64,000 bases of DNA. Origin: Octopus sinensis (Eukaryota). Where the stretch lies: NCBI RefSeq assembly GCF_006345805.1, contig NC_043021.1, forward strand, positions 9,858,001 to 9,922,000. The letters are read 5' to 3'. A model generated the notes under the pieces. That model searched no databases. It was not told where the DNA came from and was given only the letters and a program-made list of their open reading frames with translations. Shown here in pieces: positions 12,604 to 26,605 of the stretch (positions within the stretch are counted from its first letter, which is position 1; each line of letters begins with the position of its first letter). The translations under genes and the position numbers were made by a program.

Positions 12604-12810
12604 CTAGTTAATATATATATAGTTAATCCAAACATGAAAACAAAACAACACAGGGACGTGGAACAAGTATAGTGTTATTAGACGCTCAGGAAAGGAAAGA
12701 AAGAAGGAGGATTTAACGTTTCGAGCGGAGCTCTTCATCAGAAACACAGAAAAAAAGAAAGATCTAAGGAAAGGAAGATGGAGGGAAAAAAAATCGCCAA
12801 CGATACACAC
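12604..12810 (-). mobile_element. Penelope-like terminal-repeat fragment
   Basis: Highly similar to 52520-52730; ends in (TA)n; contains ctgatgaagagctccgctcgaaacgt. Confidence 0.7.
12711..12745 (-). ncRNA. Minimal type I hammerhead ribozyme motif
   Basis: guuu CUGAUGA a gagc-ucc-gcuc GAAA cgu u aaau: conserved core, stem II 4 bp, stem I 4 bp, palindromic AACGUU in place of helix III. Confidence 0.65.
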
Positions 12811-13384
12811 AAAACATTTTTTGCTCATATGCCACAATAATGCATAATTAATATTAAATTCAGTAATTAAAAGCTGTGCTAGTGTTGTAAACACTAGCGC
12901 TTTAGAGTTTTAACACTCAGTGCAACAAGGAAGGCGTTCCTCAGGCATTTTACCATGGTGAACTGGTGAACAAACAGAATGCATACATTGAGGATGTGTG
13001 GTTGATAATGTTTATAGCATTAGTGCTGCTTTTAATTTGTTACTGAATGTATGCATCATTGTAGCATACCGGCAAATCATTTTTATGTTATTTATATATA
13101 GTCATAAACTGACGATTCAGTAAGCCCTTGGTTTGATTCAGGTACACGGTATTGATAAGCCACAAAAATGGCTAAATATCAGTATTCGTCAATCCCGAAT
13201 GGGATCCGGGGCAAGTTGTCTCACCTATTTATAATTTTCAGGCTTTTTAACACCCAGTACAATGAGAGTCAACTTTCAGGTGCTTTACCACAGCAAACAA
13301 ACAAAACACATACATCAAGTGTGTGTAGTCAATATGTTTACAACACTAGCACTGCTTTCATTTCGTTACTGAATGAATAATTCC

Positions 13385-13634
13385 GTGCCGGTGGCACGTA
13401 AAAAGTACCATCTGATCGTGGCCGTTTGCCAGCCTCGTCTGGCACCTGTGCCGGTGGCACGAAAAAGCACCCACTACACTCATGGAGTGGTTGGCGTTAG
13501 GAAGGGCATCCAGCTGTAGAAACACTGCCAGATCAGACTGGGCTTGGCACAGCCTTCTGGCTTCCCAGACTCCAGTTGAACCGTCCAACCCATGCCAGCA
13601 TGAAAGCGGACGCTAAACGATGATGATGATGATG

Positions 13635-13637
<3 letters not shown>
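13385..13637 (+). mobile_element. Family-C retroposon, well preserved
   Basis: gtgccggtggcacgtaaaaag...ggttggcgttaggaagggcatccagc...gctaaacga(tga)n followed by (GA)n. Confidence 0.9.
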
Positions 13638-13673
<36 letters not shown>

Positions 13674-14036
13674 GATGTATAAAAATCAAAAGATAAATTC
13701 ATAGTAATCAAGAGCTCAATTAATAACAAGTCATTAAACTTTAACATGTTATTACACAGCAGCATACGTATGAATAATGAGCTAAAACAATCTTTAAGAG
13801 CAACATATTTAGCATAGAAGGATAAAAGCATAAATTTCACATATAGTTCGTACTTTAATTGTGCACAACAGTTGCTTCTTTAAGATATCATTCTATGTAT
13901 AATTAGATAAGTGTGATACATAATTAATCTAAACTAACTGTGTATCACAATTAGGTAACTATACATTTAACGTTTATCTTACCGAAACAGCTGTTGAGCA
14001 CAAAAGATGAACTATATATCAATTTTATGCTTTTCT

Positions 14037-14070
<34 letters not shown>

Positions 14071-14071
<1 letters not shown>

Positions 14072-14229
14072 AGCACCTATTAACCTAGTTACATATTGAG
14101 GGGTTGCAAATCTATATACCAGCGATAATAGCACTTCAGTAGATAATAATTCTGAAACCAGAGAAATACTATTATCACTAGTATGTAAATTTACAACCCC
14201 TTCATTTTTAACTAGTTAGATAAGTGCTA
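14071..14229. mobile_element. Foldback MITE-like inverted repeat (~65-bp arms)
   Basis: tagcacctattaacctagtt...gggttgcaaat...gataatagcacttc vs gaaatactattatc...atttacaacccc...aactagttagataagtgcta. Confidence 0.7.
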
Positions 14230-14384
14230 ATGCATGAGTCACTCTGTTGCTTCTGCTAAATATTAATAAAAAGATATATATATATATACACACACACACA
14301 TACATACACTCATGTTTTTGAGTTCTTTTTTCCTGTTTTCATCGTCAAACCTATATATATATATATATATACATATAGGCCTAG

Positions 14385-14745
14385 TGGTTAAGAGTTTGCA
14401 AGACTGGTTTTGATTTCCAAACTGAGCAGTGCATTGTGTTCTTGAGCAAAACACTTCATTTCACATTGCTCCTGTACACTCAGCAGTATATGAGTTAACC
14501 TGCAACTGACTGGCATCCAATTTGGAGGGAATGTTGCAATCTCAATCACTTATATGCCTTAGGCCTGCTTGCCTGCCTGCCTAGCCAGCAGGGTGGCATC
14601 ATTTGAAGTCTACAACAATACAAGGAAGCACATTGTGACAAATGGTGTGTAACAACATCCAACAGATGGTCGATACATTTAATGAAATGTATCAATTGAT
14701 ACATTATCCTGAAACAGCTGTTGTGCACAGGATTAATAAAACATT
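14385..14745 (+). mobile_element. tRNA-derived SINE, family D (decayed)
   Basis: ggcctagtggttaagag head, gtgttcttgagcaaaacacttcatttcacattgctcc central motif. Confidence 0.6.
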
Positions 14746-15529
14746 ACACAAAATATGCTATGGTGTTTAATCACAGCATTTTACTTTGGGGTTAAATATG
14801 TCCCTAGTTGAATTTGTTTTTCTTTGTTCCAAACTAATAAACAAAATTACTGAGAGTTGATGAACAAAATTAAAGCCCTTAAAAATAGCAGCCCATCATG
14901 GGCCACTGTCATGACAGAAACCAGTGAAAGAGACATGAAGAGGTAGCAGTACAGGAAAGGAGGAGTTGGGGGTTACTTTTGGTCTCTGTCATTAATAACT
15001 ATGGATGAGGGTCCTAGACGCCCACGCTGCTGAAACAGTGTCGTCTGTGAAGTTGGGCACTTCCAATAAAGGGTGCTTGACAGGATTAAAATCTGGGTTG
15101 TATGGTACAAAGGACAGATAGTTTTTCCTATATATAGTGTCCCCCACACTTCATGTCAATACTGGATCAAACAGAATAGCATGACCATTACAATTTAGCA
15201 CCAGCATGGCCACAGGGAGCTGCCAGAATAAGGTTGTAAACACTGTTAGATTGCCTCAGGGTTTACTCCCAAAGCTTTTCCCATGACCTGGGTATTGTCA
15301 CAAAGCTGCAGAGGCTCGGAATCAAGGTTTTTTCCCTGAGAAAAGTTGCTCCTTCCCATCCTCACCCCAGGTAACAAAATCTAATTAACCCACAGCAGGG
15401 ACCCTAGGTTAGGTCAAGGTAGACTTGGGAACAATAGTAGCTAAGAGGTGGTTTGACTTCCTCAAAATCTCAGAACTCCCAAACCAGGGCCCTGCAACTG
15501 AATGCAGTTTAAAGGAGAAGATGGAAATT

Positions 15530-18500
15530 AGGACAGTGTCACCAATAAATAGATAATCTAAAGATAGTGAATGATAAATTTGGAAAGCAGAAAGTTAGCA
15601 TAAATATATATGAAGAAATGGTACTTCAATAGAAGAGGAATTAAAACAAAAGAATATGGTAAGAGAAGATAATGCAATCATGGAATGAGAGTGTGAGGTG
15701 ATAGGACAAAAGAATATGTGGTAATAGGACAAGATATGATAAGACAAGAGAATGTGAAAATAGTACAAGATATGATATAAAAGAAAATGGTAGCAGAAGA
15801 ATTTGTGATAACAGAAACATAAGGTGATAAAATTTGATTTTGTGAAAATAGGACAAAATGCGATGGTAGAGCAGGGCAGTGTTGTGATAGAAGAGTGAGA
15901 CAATAGGAAAAGATGTGGTGATAGGATAAGAGGGTGTGGTGGGAGGTCAAGCAGATATGATGACGGGACACAAGATATGGAGAAAGGGTGAGAGGACAAT
16001 AGGACATGATGATAAGGACAAGATTTGATAGATCAAGAGAATATTGTGATAGGATTAAAATTATGATGATGAGTTAATCCAGACCAGATGACTAATTATG
16101 AAAGGAGAGGTGTTGAGGGGACAGGACAAGAAGCAATTGTAACCGAAGTAGATATAATAATAGGACATGATTATATGGCAATAGGACAAAAGGAGTAAAG
16201 ATAGGACAAGAAAAAATAGAAACTAATGAGGGAAGTATAGTAATAGGGCAAAAAGTAATGAAAGCAAGAGAGGATTGTGAGAGAACAGCATGTAGTTACA
16301 GAAGAAAAGAAAGTGACAATGAGACAAGAGAAATTGTAATAGGACAATGAATGTAGGTCTACTAATATATGGAACAATAGGACAAAAGTGAATGAAAAAT
16401 ACAATAAGAAATATTGATAAAACAGTACAAATTAAAGCAAGAATGAAATGGCAGGAGGTATAAAATTGAGGAGAGGTTGGTGAAAAAACCAAACTTGCTA
16501 CCTTCAATTTGGTTTACTGTACATGGCTATTCTCATCCATAGTCATGAATGTTGAGTAATGACCGTATGAGTACAATTGTGAATACACGTTGCTAAAATA
16601 GGATTCTTCCAAAGGATAGTGAGCAGAGAAAATGGATATATGAAGTGGTTGGTACAAAACCAGAACATGAATGTAAAGACATATAAATAGTATAGAAATA
16701 GATTAGGTCAGAAACAGGACAAGAGGAAGTGAATACTGGATCAACAGAGATGGTGATGACTAAAGTAATAAAAATAGAACAAGCGTAGTGGATGATGTGT
16801 GACAAAGGAAGTAGGAAGGACAAAAGGGAATGAAGATAAATATTTAAAACAAACGGTAATAGAGGAGTGTAAAAATAGGATAAGAAACTGGATATGGAGA
16901 TGTTTTAGGACAAGAAAATGCAGATAAGCCAAGAACATATTTGTATTTAGGACAAGTGAAAGTAGATTTAGGACAAAAACAGACAGAATAATGTGGTCAA
17001 TATAAGAAGTAGAGAGGACAAGAATGTGTGGATGTAAAACAAAAACGAATACTGAAGAAGCGGAAATGGAGAGACAAGAAGAGGTGAAACTGGTAATGGC
17101 AAAAAGACTAAACGGATGTGGAAGGAGAGTGAAAAATGTTTGACAAGGAGAAATGGAAACATGAAGTAGAGACAAGTCAAGTGGGTGTAATGACAGCTAT
17201 TGAGAAAAGAAGGCTATTAAAGAGAGACATCATCATCATCATATAGTTTCCATTTTCCATGCTGGCATAGGTTAGATGGTTAGACTGAAACTGGTAAACC
17301 AGAGAGCTGTACCAGTCTTCAGTCTGGTTTAGTTGGTTTCAATGGCTGGATGCTCTTCCTAACGCCAACCACTCCATAGAGTGTAGTAGGTACCTTTTAT
17401 GTGTTACTGGCATGGGTACCTTGTACTTGTCATCAGCACAGGTGCCTTTTACATGTCACTGGTCATAACTGTGATTTTATTTGGCTTGATGTACCTTCTC
17501 AAGCACAGCAAAGGTCTTGATCACTTGATTGACATAAACAAGAAGCAAAAGCAGAAAATGGAAATAAAAATAGGACAAAGATGAAAAGAAATGGGCTAAA
17601 AATGAAAGCAGATATCTTCAAAAGAAAGCAAAGACAGAAATATAAATGAGCTTAGAAATGGGATTAAAAAAAAGAGAGAGAAAGAGAATGAGCATGAAGT
17701 GAAGCCATGGATACAATATTAAAAGAGTGAGAGTGAGAATGAACAGAAGCAAAGGTAATGTTTGCTGAGTAAACACAAAGGCAGGAGAGGAAAGAGAACA
17801 AAGTAAACATAGGTGGAAGTAGGACTCTGTAAAGCAACAGTAAAAATAGCACAGTCTTGTGATAGTAGATATTAAGACATGGTCAAGAGATTCAGATAAA
17901 CTTTTAGTGGAAATAGGACAAATTAAAGCATTTGATATGCTAGGAAAAGGCAAAATGCTTGTAGAAACAGTAGAAATAGGACAAAGTCATGTAGAAGTAT
18001 AGAAAGAAGTGGAGATAAAAATGAAATGAGAATAATTAGGACAATATCAAAAGGCTGAAATCAACTTTTATATTGTCTTTAGTTAAACCATTCTTAATGA
18101 TATCACATCTTCAGTAAGAGAAACTGAGTGATAAGGTTTCATATTAAAAGTAGAAGAGTTTGGAGATGGAATGGACAAATTGTTCATTCAGTTTTAGAGG
18201 GCAAGAGGGGATAGACAATGTATGAGCAAGAGACATAGAAATAAAGCATATGGTGGAGAAATATGGTATGAAAGACAATTGAGGTAAGAGAAGCGGAGAA
18301 ATGTAAAATAACAGAGGACATATGACAACAGAGTTGAACCCGTAAAGAGAACAAGACAATAATATTTCAGACAGGATGGGAGAAAATTAGCAACTATACC
18401 ATCAGTTGAAGTGGTTATTGTTTGCTCTCCAAGAGCAATATTGATCCAGTGGAGATGATCAAAGGTATTACAGCCATAATTTTCCCATTATTTGTTATCT

Positions 18501-19935
18501 AGGACTACATTATTCAATGAGGCCTTTCATTTTTAAGACAGTGAAGAATGACTTTATGATATTTAACACCTACTTCTAACAGGTTGCACAACTTCTACAT
18601 TGGCTCGACCCCCATTTGAAGTGTTTCCAAGTGATCAATTGCAGTGGAGTCAATTCTGTTGCAAGCATCTAGACATGGTTATCCAATTTGAGGTTAACTT
18701 GTAACTCATTATTTTGATGTACTACAATCCATGAGTCATGGGTGCACCCTCCCGTTTACACCACTCTTGAAGACCTTGCCTTTCTAAATCCGACTAAGTT
18801 AGAACAAAATAAGTTCAAAAGTATAATCATTTTGTTTATAAATTTGTGTTGCAAGAATCCTGATGTGAAACTGTGTTGAAACAGATATTGTATTTTGGGA
18901 TGGTCATTTTTGGGATAGTCGGCATGGAAAGCAGACGTTAAACGATGACAATGATGATGATGAAACACATGCACTACGTATTTGTTCTTCACTCGTTAAT
19001 TACTCTTCTTATTCTAACTCATGTCCATTGTCCGGAAAGCTTTCGTCGCACACCTGTAACCTCTTCAGCAATCCTTTCTGTCTTCATGTGTGCCCTTGAT
19101 TCAGAACAGCATCATCATCATCATTCTCTAGTTTGTGTTGTGGATAACTAGCAAAAGACTGCAAGGCTACCTATGATCAGTCACTTCTTTTGTTTGACAT
19201 TGATGTTTCAGCTGTTTAACCCCAAGTATGATTGACATCAGATCTGCAATCAAAGGCTTTAAAGCTGTTTTGCACCTCAGTGTGTCCTTTCAATTTTTAT
19301 AGATGGCAAGGCATGATTGAGGACCCTTTTGTATCATATCTAGGCCTCCAGCATATGATGCTACTGATTATTTGAGGATTTTAAACAACAGTTTCAATGA
19401 GACTTTATGGATTCCAATACAGTTTTATTGCAAATGTTGTTGTCATTGTTGAGCCGACCTACAATTAAAGAAGTCCTACCATGACCAATGTGTCTTTTTC
19501 TATATCAGGAATGTCAGGCAAGGTTTGAAATAGATCTGGAAGCTATTCTGATGGTTGGGGAGCTTCCTTATTGGCTTCTTAATGGATGCATCATACCTCG
19601 GAGATTTATTGATGAATCTAGTAGAAACTGCTGCTACATCAACACTCACTGTGGCTACAATCTGGAAGTGGGGGATAGTTAATGTAGAAGAGAGAGAGGG
19701 AGGAGATATAGCATAGCATGAGTTATATGACAAAGCAAGAAATGGAATGTGGAAGGAGGAGGAGAAGGAAAATGAAAGCATGTGAGATGATAAGATAGGT
19801 GAAATAGAATGTAAGAGTAAGAGATGGTAAGGGGTGAAGAAAGAAGAGATAAGAGAACAACAAAACAAAAGAACAGCAACTGAAGAATAGGACAGTCAGA
19901 GTGAGAGAGGACAGAAAAGAAAATAGGGAAGGGCA
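15530..19935 (+). repeat. Cluster of purine-rich degenerate ATAGGACAAGA-type tracts (15530-16470, 16600-17215, 17555-18360, 19680-19935)
   Basis: Dozens of aggacaa/ataggacaag motifs in an A/G-dominated background; produces the spurious S/L/F/H-rich minus-strand ORFs. Confidence 0.7.
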
Positions 19936-22538
19936 AAAAAATATGCTGCTAAGTGCTACTTAAATTCAAAGCACAATTGATAACATTTCATGAAACTTTC
20001 ATGGTATGTTGGAAGATGTTTAGTTAAGGTATGTGATTAAGGTATTTAAGCTATTTGCTAAAGTACTTAATAGGATACTCTGTGGTATGGTGAAGAACAA
20101 AGTAATAGATATTCAGCTGAAACCCATCCTCTCCCCAACCTCTGCCATAAAAAGGACTTTCAAAACTAGTTTTTTTTAGTTGTTGAGGAGGATGATATTT
20201 TTTTTAGGATGAAGTATTCTGTTGCTGCAAAACAAGTTTAAGCAGTGAGACCAATATCAGGAGTAAAGTTTTGGCAAATAATTTAAGAAGTTCACTTTGC
20301 AATGACACAGTTTTGCATCTGAGCCCCAGTCAATCAATGCCTTAAAAGTAGAATTCTGTAAATCGAGACTGTGTAAATTTAAGCAGAAATCCATTTGAGG
20401 AAGCTTCACTGTTGTCTAACACCCTTGTTGGGGTGGCAGATTTCATTGATCACTTCGATGTCTTTAGTGGAGCCTACTCTGTTGCAAGCATTCGTGTAAG
20501 GTCTCCAGCATAAGGAAAATTTCCTCCCACAGTCTCAAGGCTCTGAAGTATGCTGTTCCTTTTCTTTTGATTAGGTTAAAAAAAAATCCATTAGATTTTC
20601 TTCTAATGTAACACACATATTATAAGAAAATCTTTGGCGTGTACATGTAGCTCTTAAAAAAAATCTCATAATGACCTAAATACTAATGTTACTCATGAAA
20701 ACTACAGAAGTTGGAGGCTATACAACCTATTTCTGAAAGTTCAGCAGCTTGTCCTTGTTTCTAACTAAATGTGCCAAGCAGCTAGAAGAAATTTGAAACC
20801 CAGCCACTAAGAGTAAAGAAAAGGAATGAAAACCTAGGCTGAAGAAAATCAGGTTATTTTGTAAAAGCAGGCAGCAGCCAGGAAGATATTTATAACTACT
20901 AATTTTAAATGTGCATTGTAGTGTTAGCAGTTATATACTTAATGCAAACCAGATATGTAAAATACATCATACTACCTTTAACACATCCATCAGCAGCAAC
21001 AGTTAACAAACTAAATAATATTCAGCTATTAAAACAACTTTTCCTCTGACCATGCCATCATCAACAGTTAATTTAATTTAATTAGGTTTTGATATTAAAA
21101 GCAAATTGGTATTGTAAATTAGAAAAAAAAAAAAAGAGAGAGAGAAAAGTAATTTGGTAACTATAATCTTGCCAACAACTACGTTGATTCAAAATTTCTT
21201 TAACATATTTTATCAGAGTGAATCAACAGTTTTGGATGTAAGGGAGATGTAATCTTTAGAAGCGTAACTTTTAATGAATTAGCAAGAAGTTCTAATTCAA
21301 AAAAAAAAAAAAAATTATGGAAAAGTTACGAATATAATTAACTGAAAATTCATAGAATAAACTTAGTTTCTGAATTTCTGACTTGAAACAATAAGAAAAC
21401 AGGGAAGTCAAAAATGTCAAAGAGAAGAGAAATGATGTTTGGTGATATTCATACATTTCCCAAAGACATTTCTAATGAATGTGAAATAAAATTATTATAG
21501 TTGGGCATATTATACATGTGCATATCTATATATATACACACACACACAATGTATAAACACATACCCAATGTATGTATGTGTGTATATATATATATATATA
21601 TACACACACATATATATATATAGTAATAATAATAATAATAATAATAATATATCCACCCTACATTATATTGGCACAGCTCGGTACGATCCCCCAAGAAACT
21701 GCTATCGCTAGTTGGTATCATTAAACTATAGCTGGCATAATAAAATACAAGCTTTTATATGCATATTCAAAAACGCTTCCCGTAAACGATATATATATAT
21801 ATATACACATACACAGACACACACATATATATATATATATATTACATATGCATGCACAGACACACACATGAAGATGCATATGATACTCGTTCACTTACCA
21901 TGCTAGAAAAGGTTAAATTCATATGCAACGAGACACTGTTAGAAAGCTGGATGTCCTTCCTATTTGCTAACACTACCTTTTCTGTTTCCCAAGTAATGGA
22001 TTTATATATTTCACTACTGCCAAAGGGCTACGTGGCAACTTGGTAGCAGAGAATGTCAACAAACATAGATGTTTTCATGTGAGAAAAGAGACTGTAAACA
22101 TTCACACGGATTCACTGTCACATACACAGAGATACACACATATCTCTCTTTCCCACACTAATCATGTGTGTGTGTGTATACATACACAATGGGCTTCCAT
22201 ACAATTTCTCAACCAATTGTAGGCAGTGATTTGCCTGAGGTTACACTAGAAGTTACTCAAAGTTCTCTATAAATGCCTCAGTTATACAGAACTCATGACT
22301 CACATTTTAACAAAATGACCCTCTCTTCTACACAGCCATATCATCATCATCATTTAACGTCCGTTTTCCGCGCTAGCACGGGTTGGACGGTTCGACCGGG
22401 GTCTGGGAAGCCAGGAGGCTGCACCAGGCTCCAATCTGATCTAGCAGTGTTTCTACAGCTGGATGCCCTTCCTAACGCCAACCACTCCGTGAGTGATCTG
22501 TGAATTATTACAACATACACATACATACATATATATGC

Positions 22539-22570
<32 letters not shown>

Positions 22571-23534
22571 GCCTATACCTATATATATATATATATATAT
22601 ATGTACAGGCACAGTTGTGTGGTTAAGAAGCCTGCTTGGTAGTAGGTTCAGCAACATTGCATGGCACTTTGAGCAAGTGCCTGCCATTATAGCAGCAGGT
22701 CAATCAAAGCCTTGTGAGTAGATTTCTCTATCTATTGAGGGAGGCACAAGCATTTTCACACGCACACACAGGTTTGGTAGAAAGAAACTGAAAGAAAGCC
22801 ACTGGAGCTTTTGTGTGTGTGTGTGTGTGTGTATGAATTAGTGTCCTTGTCTTGACAATCTTCTGCAAAAACATGTCCAGCCATAGGGAAAAATTTACCT
22901 TATTTGAAAAAAGGTGATGGTTGATGACATGGAGGGCATCTGGCTGTAGAAACTCTGCCTCAACAAATTTTATCCAACCCATGGAAGCATGGAGAAGTGG
23001 ATGTTCAATGATGACGATGATGATAAACATACACATCACAGAGAAGGGAGGCCTCTTAAATCGCAGAGTTAACAAGTTGACATTGACAATGTCAGGATTA
23101 AATGCACCTAGTGCACTGTGTAAAGTGGTTGGAAAATGTGCAGAATTGACAAGAACATGTCAAACATCTGTAGTGTTGGTGATGTGATAAAAGCTATCTG
23201 GTGCTCTGCAAAGTGGTTGGTGACAGGAAGGGCATCTTGACATAGGAAATGAACCAAAAATGAAACATATAAGAAATGGTCATCTGGTCTGAAGAAGAGG
23301 GGAGCAATTTTGAATATAAAACTCAGAACAGGATGATCTGTTAAACCCCAGGTAACAAAGAAAGTAGATAGAAAATGATGATTTACCTACATACACACAC
23401 ACACACACAGATATACATACACATTCATACATATGTATATAAAATTGTGTTAGCACTACTGAAATAGAAGCTACCTACCTGTATGTTAGGTCTTCCAGAT
23501 ATATATATATATATATACCTTTAATAACAGTTTG

Positions 23535-24075
23535 ACTCAGCTCCACACGACTTGAAGCTTTGTGGGTGTGCAGGACAGGTGCATCTCATCAGATATTGGA
23601 AAGAAGAGGGGAAAATTTGAAAATAATTCAAGATGGCTACCAGGTGTTTCAGTCTCTATTGATAAACTCGGGTCAAGTGGTATTAATGCTATATAAGCGA
23701 CACAAGCTCTATTCTCTATAGTAAAGCCCACATGTTCAGACAGGATGCTCACTTGTGCCAACATCTTACCCTACCATGTGTGGCAACCAGCACAAGGAAC
23801 TGATATTGCTGAATATAGTATGCTGTAGCCTTTTGTCGAAGTGGCACCAGCACACTGCCAGCATCCTGTCCAAACAATGTGAACCTAAAAATAAAGAAAA
23901 TAGCTGCTGTTACTTTGATAGCATTAATGCCATGTGACCCAAGCAGATCAACGGAGGCCGAAACACCTGCAAGCCATCTTGAATTTCTTTCAAATTCTCC
24001 ACTCTACCTTTGAACATTTGATGAGATGGACATACCCTATGCACCCACAAAGCTTTAAGTCATATGGAGCCGAGT
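23535..24075. mobile_element. Foldback element with ~158-bp inverted arms (23535-23692, 23918-24075)
   Basis: actcagctccacacgacttgaagctttgtgggtgtgca... mirrored by ...tgcacccacaaagctttaagtcatatggagccgagt. Confidence 0.8.
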
Positions 24076-24849
24076 AATTCCATAATTCCAACCAAACATA
24101 TTGAGTGGAACCACTTTCTTTTGTTTGTTCACTCACTTGTATATGTGTATACATAAATATTATAAGTCCAACGGTTGGTGAAATAAAAATATCATATACT
24201 CACATCACTGGAGTCCTTTGATTGATAGTGAAGACTAAAAACTCAGATTGAAGCCAAATTATATAAACTTTAATGTTTTTGTGTTGTTATAATTAAATCT
24301 AGTTACCACCATGGTGCTCTGTCAATATTTGTTCTAGACAATAAAGGACACAGCACACAGACGGCAACATGGATCATATATGCATAAACCTAAGTTTGAT
24401 ACAAACTCTACCCCCAAAACTATATAAAAAAAAGGAAAGAAAAGCAATAAAAATATGAACCGGCAACAGCAAGGGAAGCTATGAAGAAGAACCAGATTTT
24501 GTCTCAATGCACAAGTTTGTGAATATCAAAACATCAAATAACTGCCAACAAATTTTAATAAACAATTATTTCAATAACAGTAAAAGAAAAAAAAAAACAA
24601 CAACAAATATAAACAGCTTAGAAATATGAATAGAGAAACACTGCAAATATAAGCAAGAGGACTTTCCTATTACATTAAAACAAAACCGTTTATCAAACAG
24701 ATATTTTTACATTTTGAAAATTAACTTCAAAATGACCTTTGGTAAATACATTGAACCAAATATGTTTCCATAACGATAACCTGACATCAAAAAAGATAAA
24801 ACAGGAAAAGTAACAACTCTACTATTTCTCTTTTATCATTAACAGAACC

Positions 24850-26605
24850 CAATATATCAAATTAGACCAATTTATTATTTGGAATAAATTTAAGAGGAAA
24901 AAATCTCTAAGGCAGTGAAACACTAATCGCTGCAGTAAAGTGCTAATCACCGCATTACAATGACAATCAGAAAAGTGAACGTCTTTATATTAAATTTTAA
25001 TTTCTAGATTACCAAAACAGAAACAGAGAGACTCAAATTAAATTTCTATTCACAAACAAGAATAATACTAAGTACATTTGGTACAAAAGAACCAACAGGA
25101 TAGATGCCAGTCCAGTCAGTATTAAGAGCCATTGCTAAACAAATACAGTTCATTAAGTATTAACATAATTAAGTATGTGTGTGTGTGTTTCAATTTACAA
25201 ACAAGAGGGAAAATGACCTAATACCAAAGTGCAATATTTATTTTAGTACTGAGATAGATCTCTTGTTTACTCTAAGTCTCTCTCTCTCTCTATTCCTTTC
25301 TGGAAGGAGTTGAAAAACTTGGAGTAACAACAGAATCATATCAACACTAAAATATATACATATATAAACACCTGACAAACTTCTCAGCAAACATGAGTCA
25401 CAATCTCTTAGCAAATAAGAGAAGTACTATAAGGAATCCAAGCCCTTATAAAGTTGGCCAACATTAAATCATACCGTATCATTTAGAAAAAAAGACATCA
25501 TGAAACTGAATTACAGACAATTTAAAATGAAACAAAAAATATAATTCTTTGTGTACTCCTTAAATTTGAGATAAATTATGTATATACAAAATTAAAGCAA
25601 AAAAAAACAAAACAAAAAACAATATTCTTTTTCAGTATTAAAGAAATCAAAATCATAAGTTTGAGAGTAAAACCAACAGAAAAATAACACAACTAAAAAG
25701 ACTAATTTCATTTAACAAACAATTGCAAATATCTTTTTTGGAATGGTGACATTTGAAGCAGATAAAGCTACGAATAATAGCATGTAAGCATTGGGTTACA
25801 AAACATTTTGGGTAGGAAAAATTGTGCAGAATTGGAAGAATATCAGATAAAAATAACTTGAGGTATATTTTGAGTTCTTTTATACTTTGAGTTTTCTTTG
25901 TTTCTCATCTTTGTGAGATAGATAAAAAAAATAATTTCCAGTTGAGAATAAGTATTAGGAATAAATCAACTCAATCCAAAAAGGTGGTGTTCCAGCATGG
26001 CCACAGATCAATAAATGAGACATGAAACTATCCAGCAAGTAGGACATAATGATTGGATTCCTGAAATAGTCATACTTCATTATTTAATTATTTATACAAC
26101 AATAAATTATTAGGAGCCAACAAACAAGCTTCTATATATGACTACTTCACCTCCCACCAAAAAAAAAAAAAAAAAAATCTTCTTCAAACAACACACTATT
26201 GGCTTATGAAAAAGAGAATAACAGATTGAACCATATTGTTGATTCAGTATAATTTGTAAGCTGTAGCAGTTGATTTCACAGGTACCATGTTAAAGATCTT
26301 TGACCTTGAATCTCATCAGATATCCAACACAAAAAATCTCACATGAAAAACATTTGCTCTTGAATCTAACCAAACATTCAGCTGTCCCATCTGAAATATC
26401 TAATCTTGAATTAAATTTCTGCAGATACCCCACAAGAAAGATCTTTTGATATCGAATCTAACAAGACAATTCTTCATGTAAAAGTCCACCAATCAAGCTA
26501 TGTCGTATTACAACATTCAAAAGCTGAATCCCATGCAACAAAAGGGGTCTTAATTCATGTTTGAATTTTAAGTCAGTCATCAGTACATTGAATGGTCTCA
26601 CAGCT
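24850..26605 (-). other. Putative 3'UTR of the minus-strand locus
   Basis: Largely unique, U-rich on the minus strand, directly after the TGA at 26606-26608; AATAAA at 25242-25237 and 24876-24871. Confidence 0.3.

Larger units (their letters stand above)
12415..13335. repeat. Large inverted repeat (arms 12415-12590 and 13140-13335)
   Basis: Opposite-strand ORF-track peptides MAKYWYPSLPNEIWGKLSHL and MAKYQYSSIPNGIRGKLSHL are the two arms. Confidence 0.85.

Noticed and set aside
14990-15130. PYNPDFNP motif like Tc1/IS630 PYSPDLNP
   Set aside because: Single short motif with stops on both sides; too weak to call.
15595-19936. S/L/F/H-rich minus-strand ORFs
   Set aside because: Artefact of pyrimidine-rich low-complexity strand.
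18560-20550. Faint gag-like, R4-like and RTE-like peptide remnants (18.6, 19.5, 20.4 kb)
   Set aside because: Too degenerate to assign by eye.
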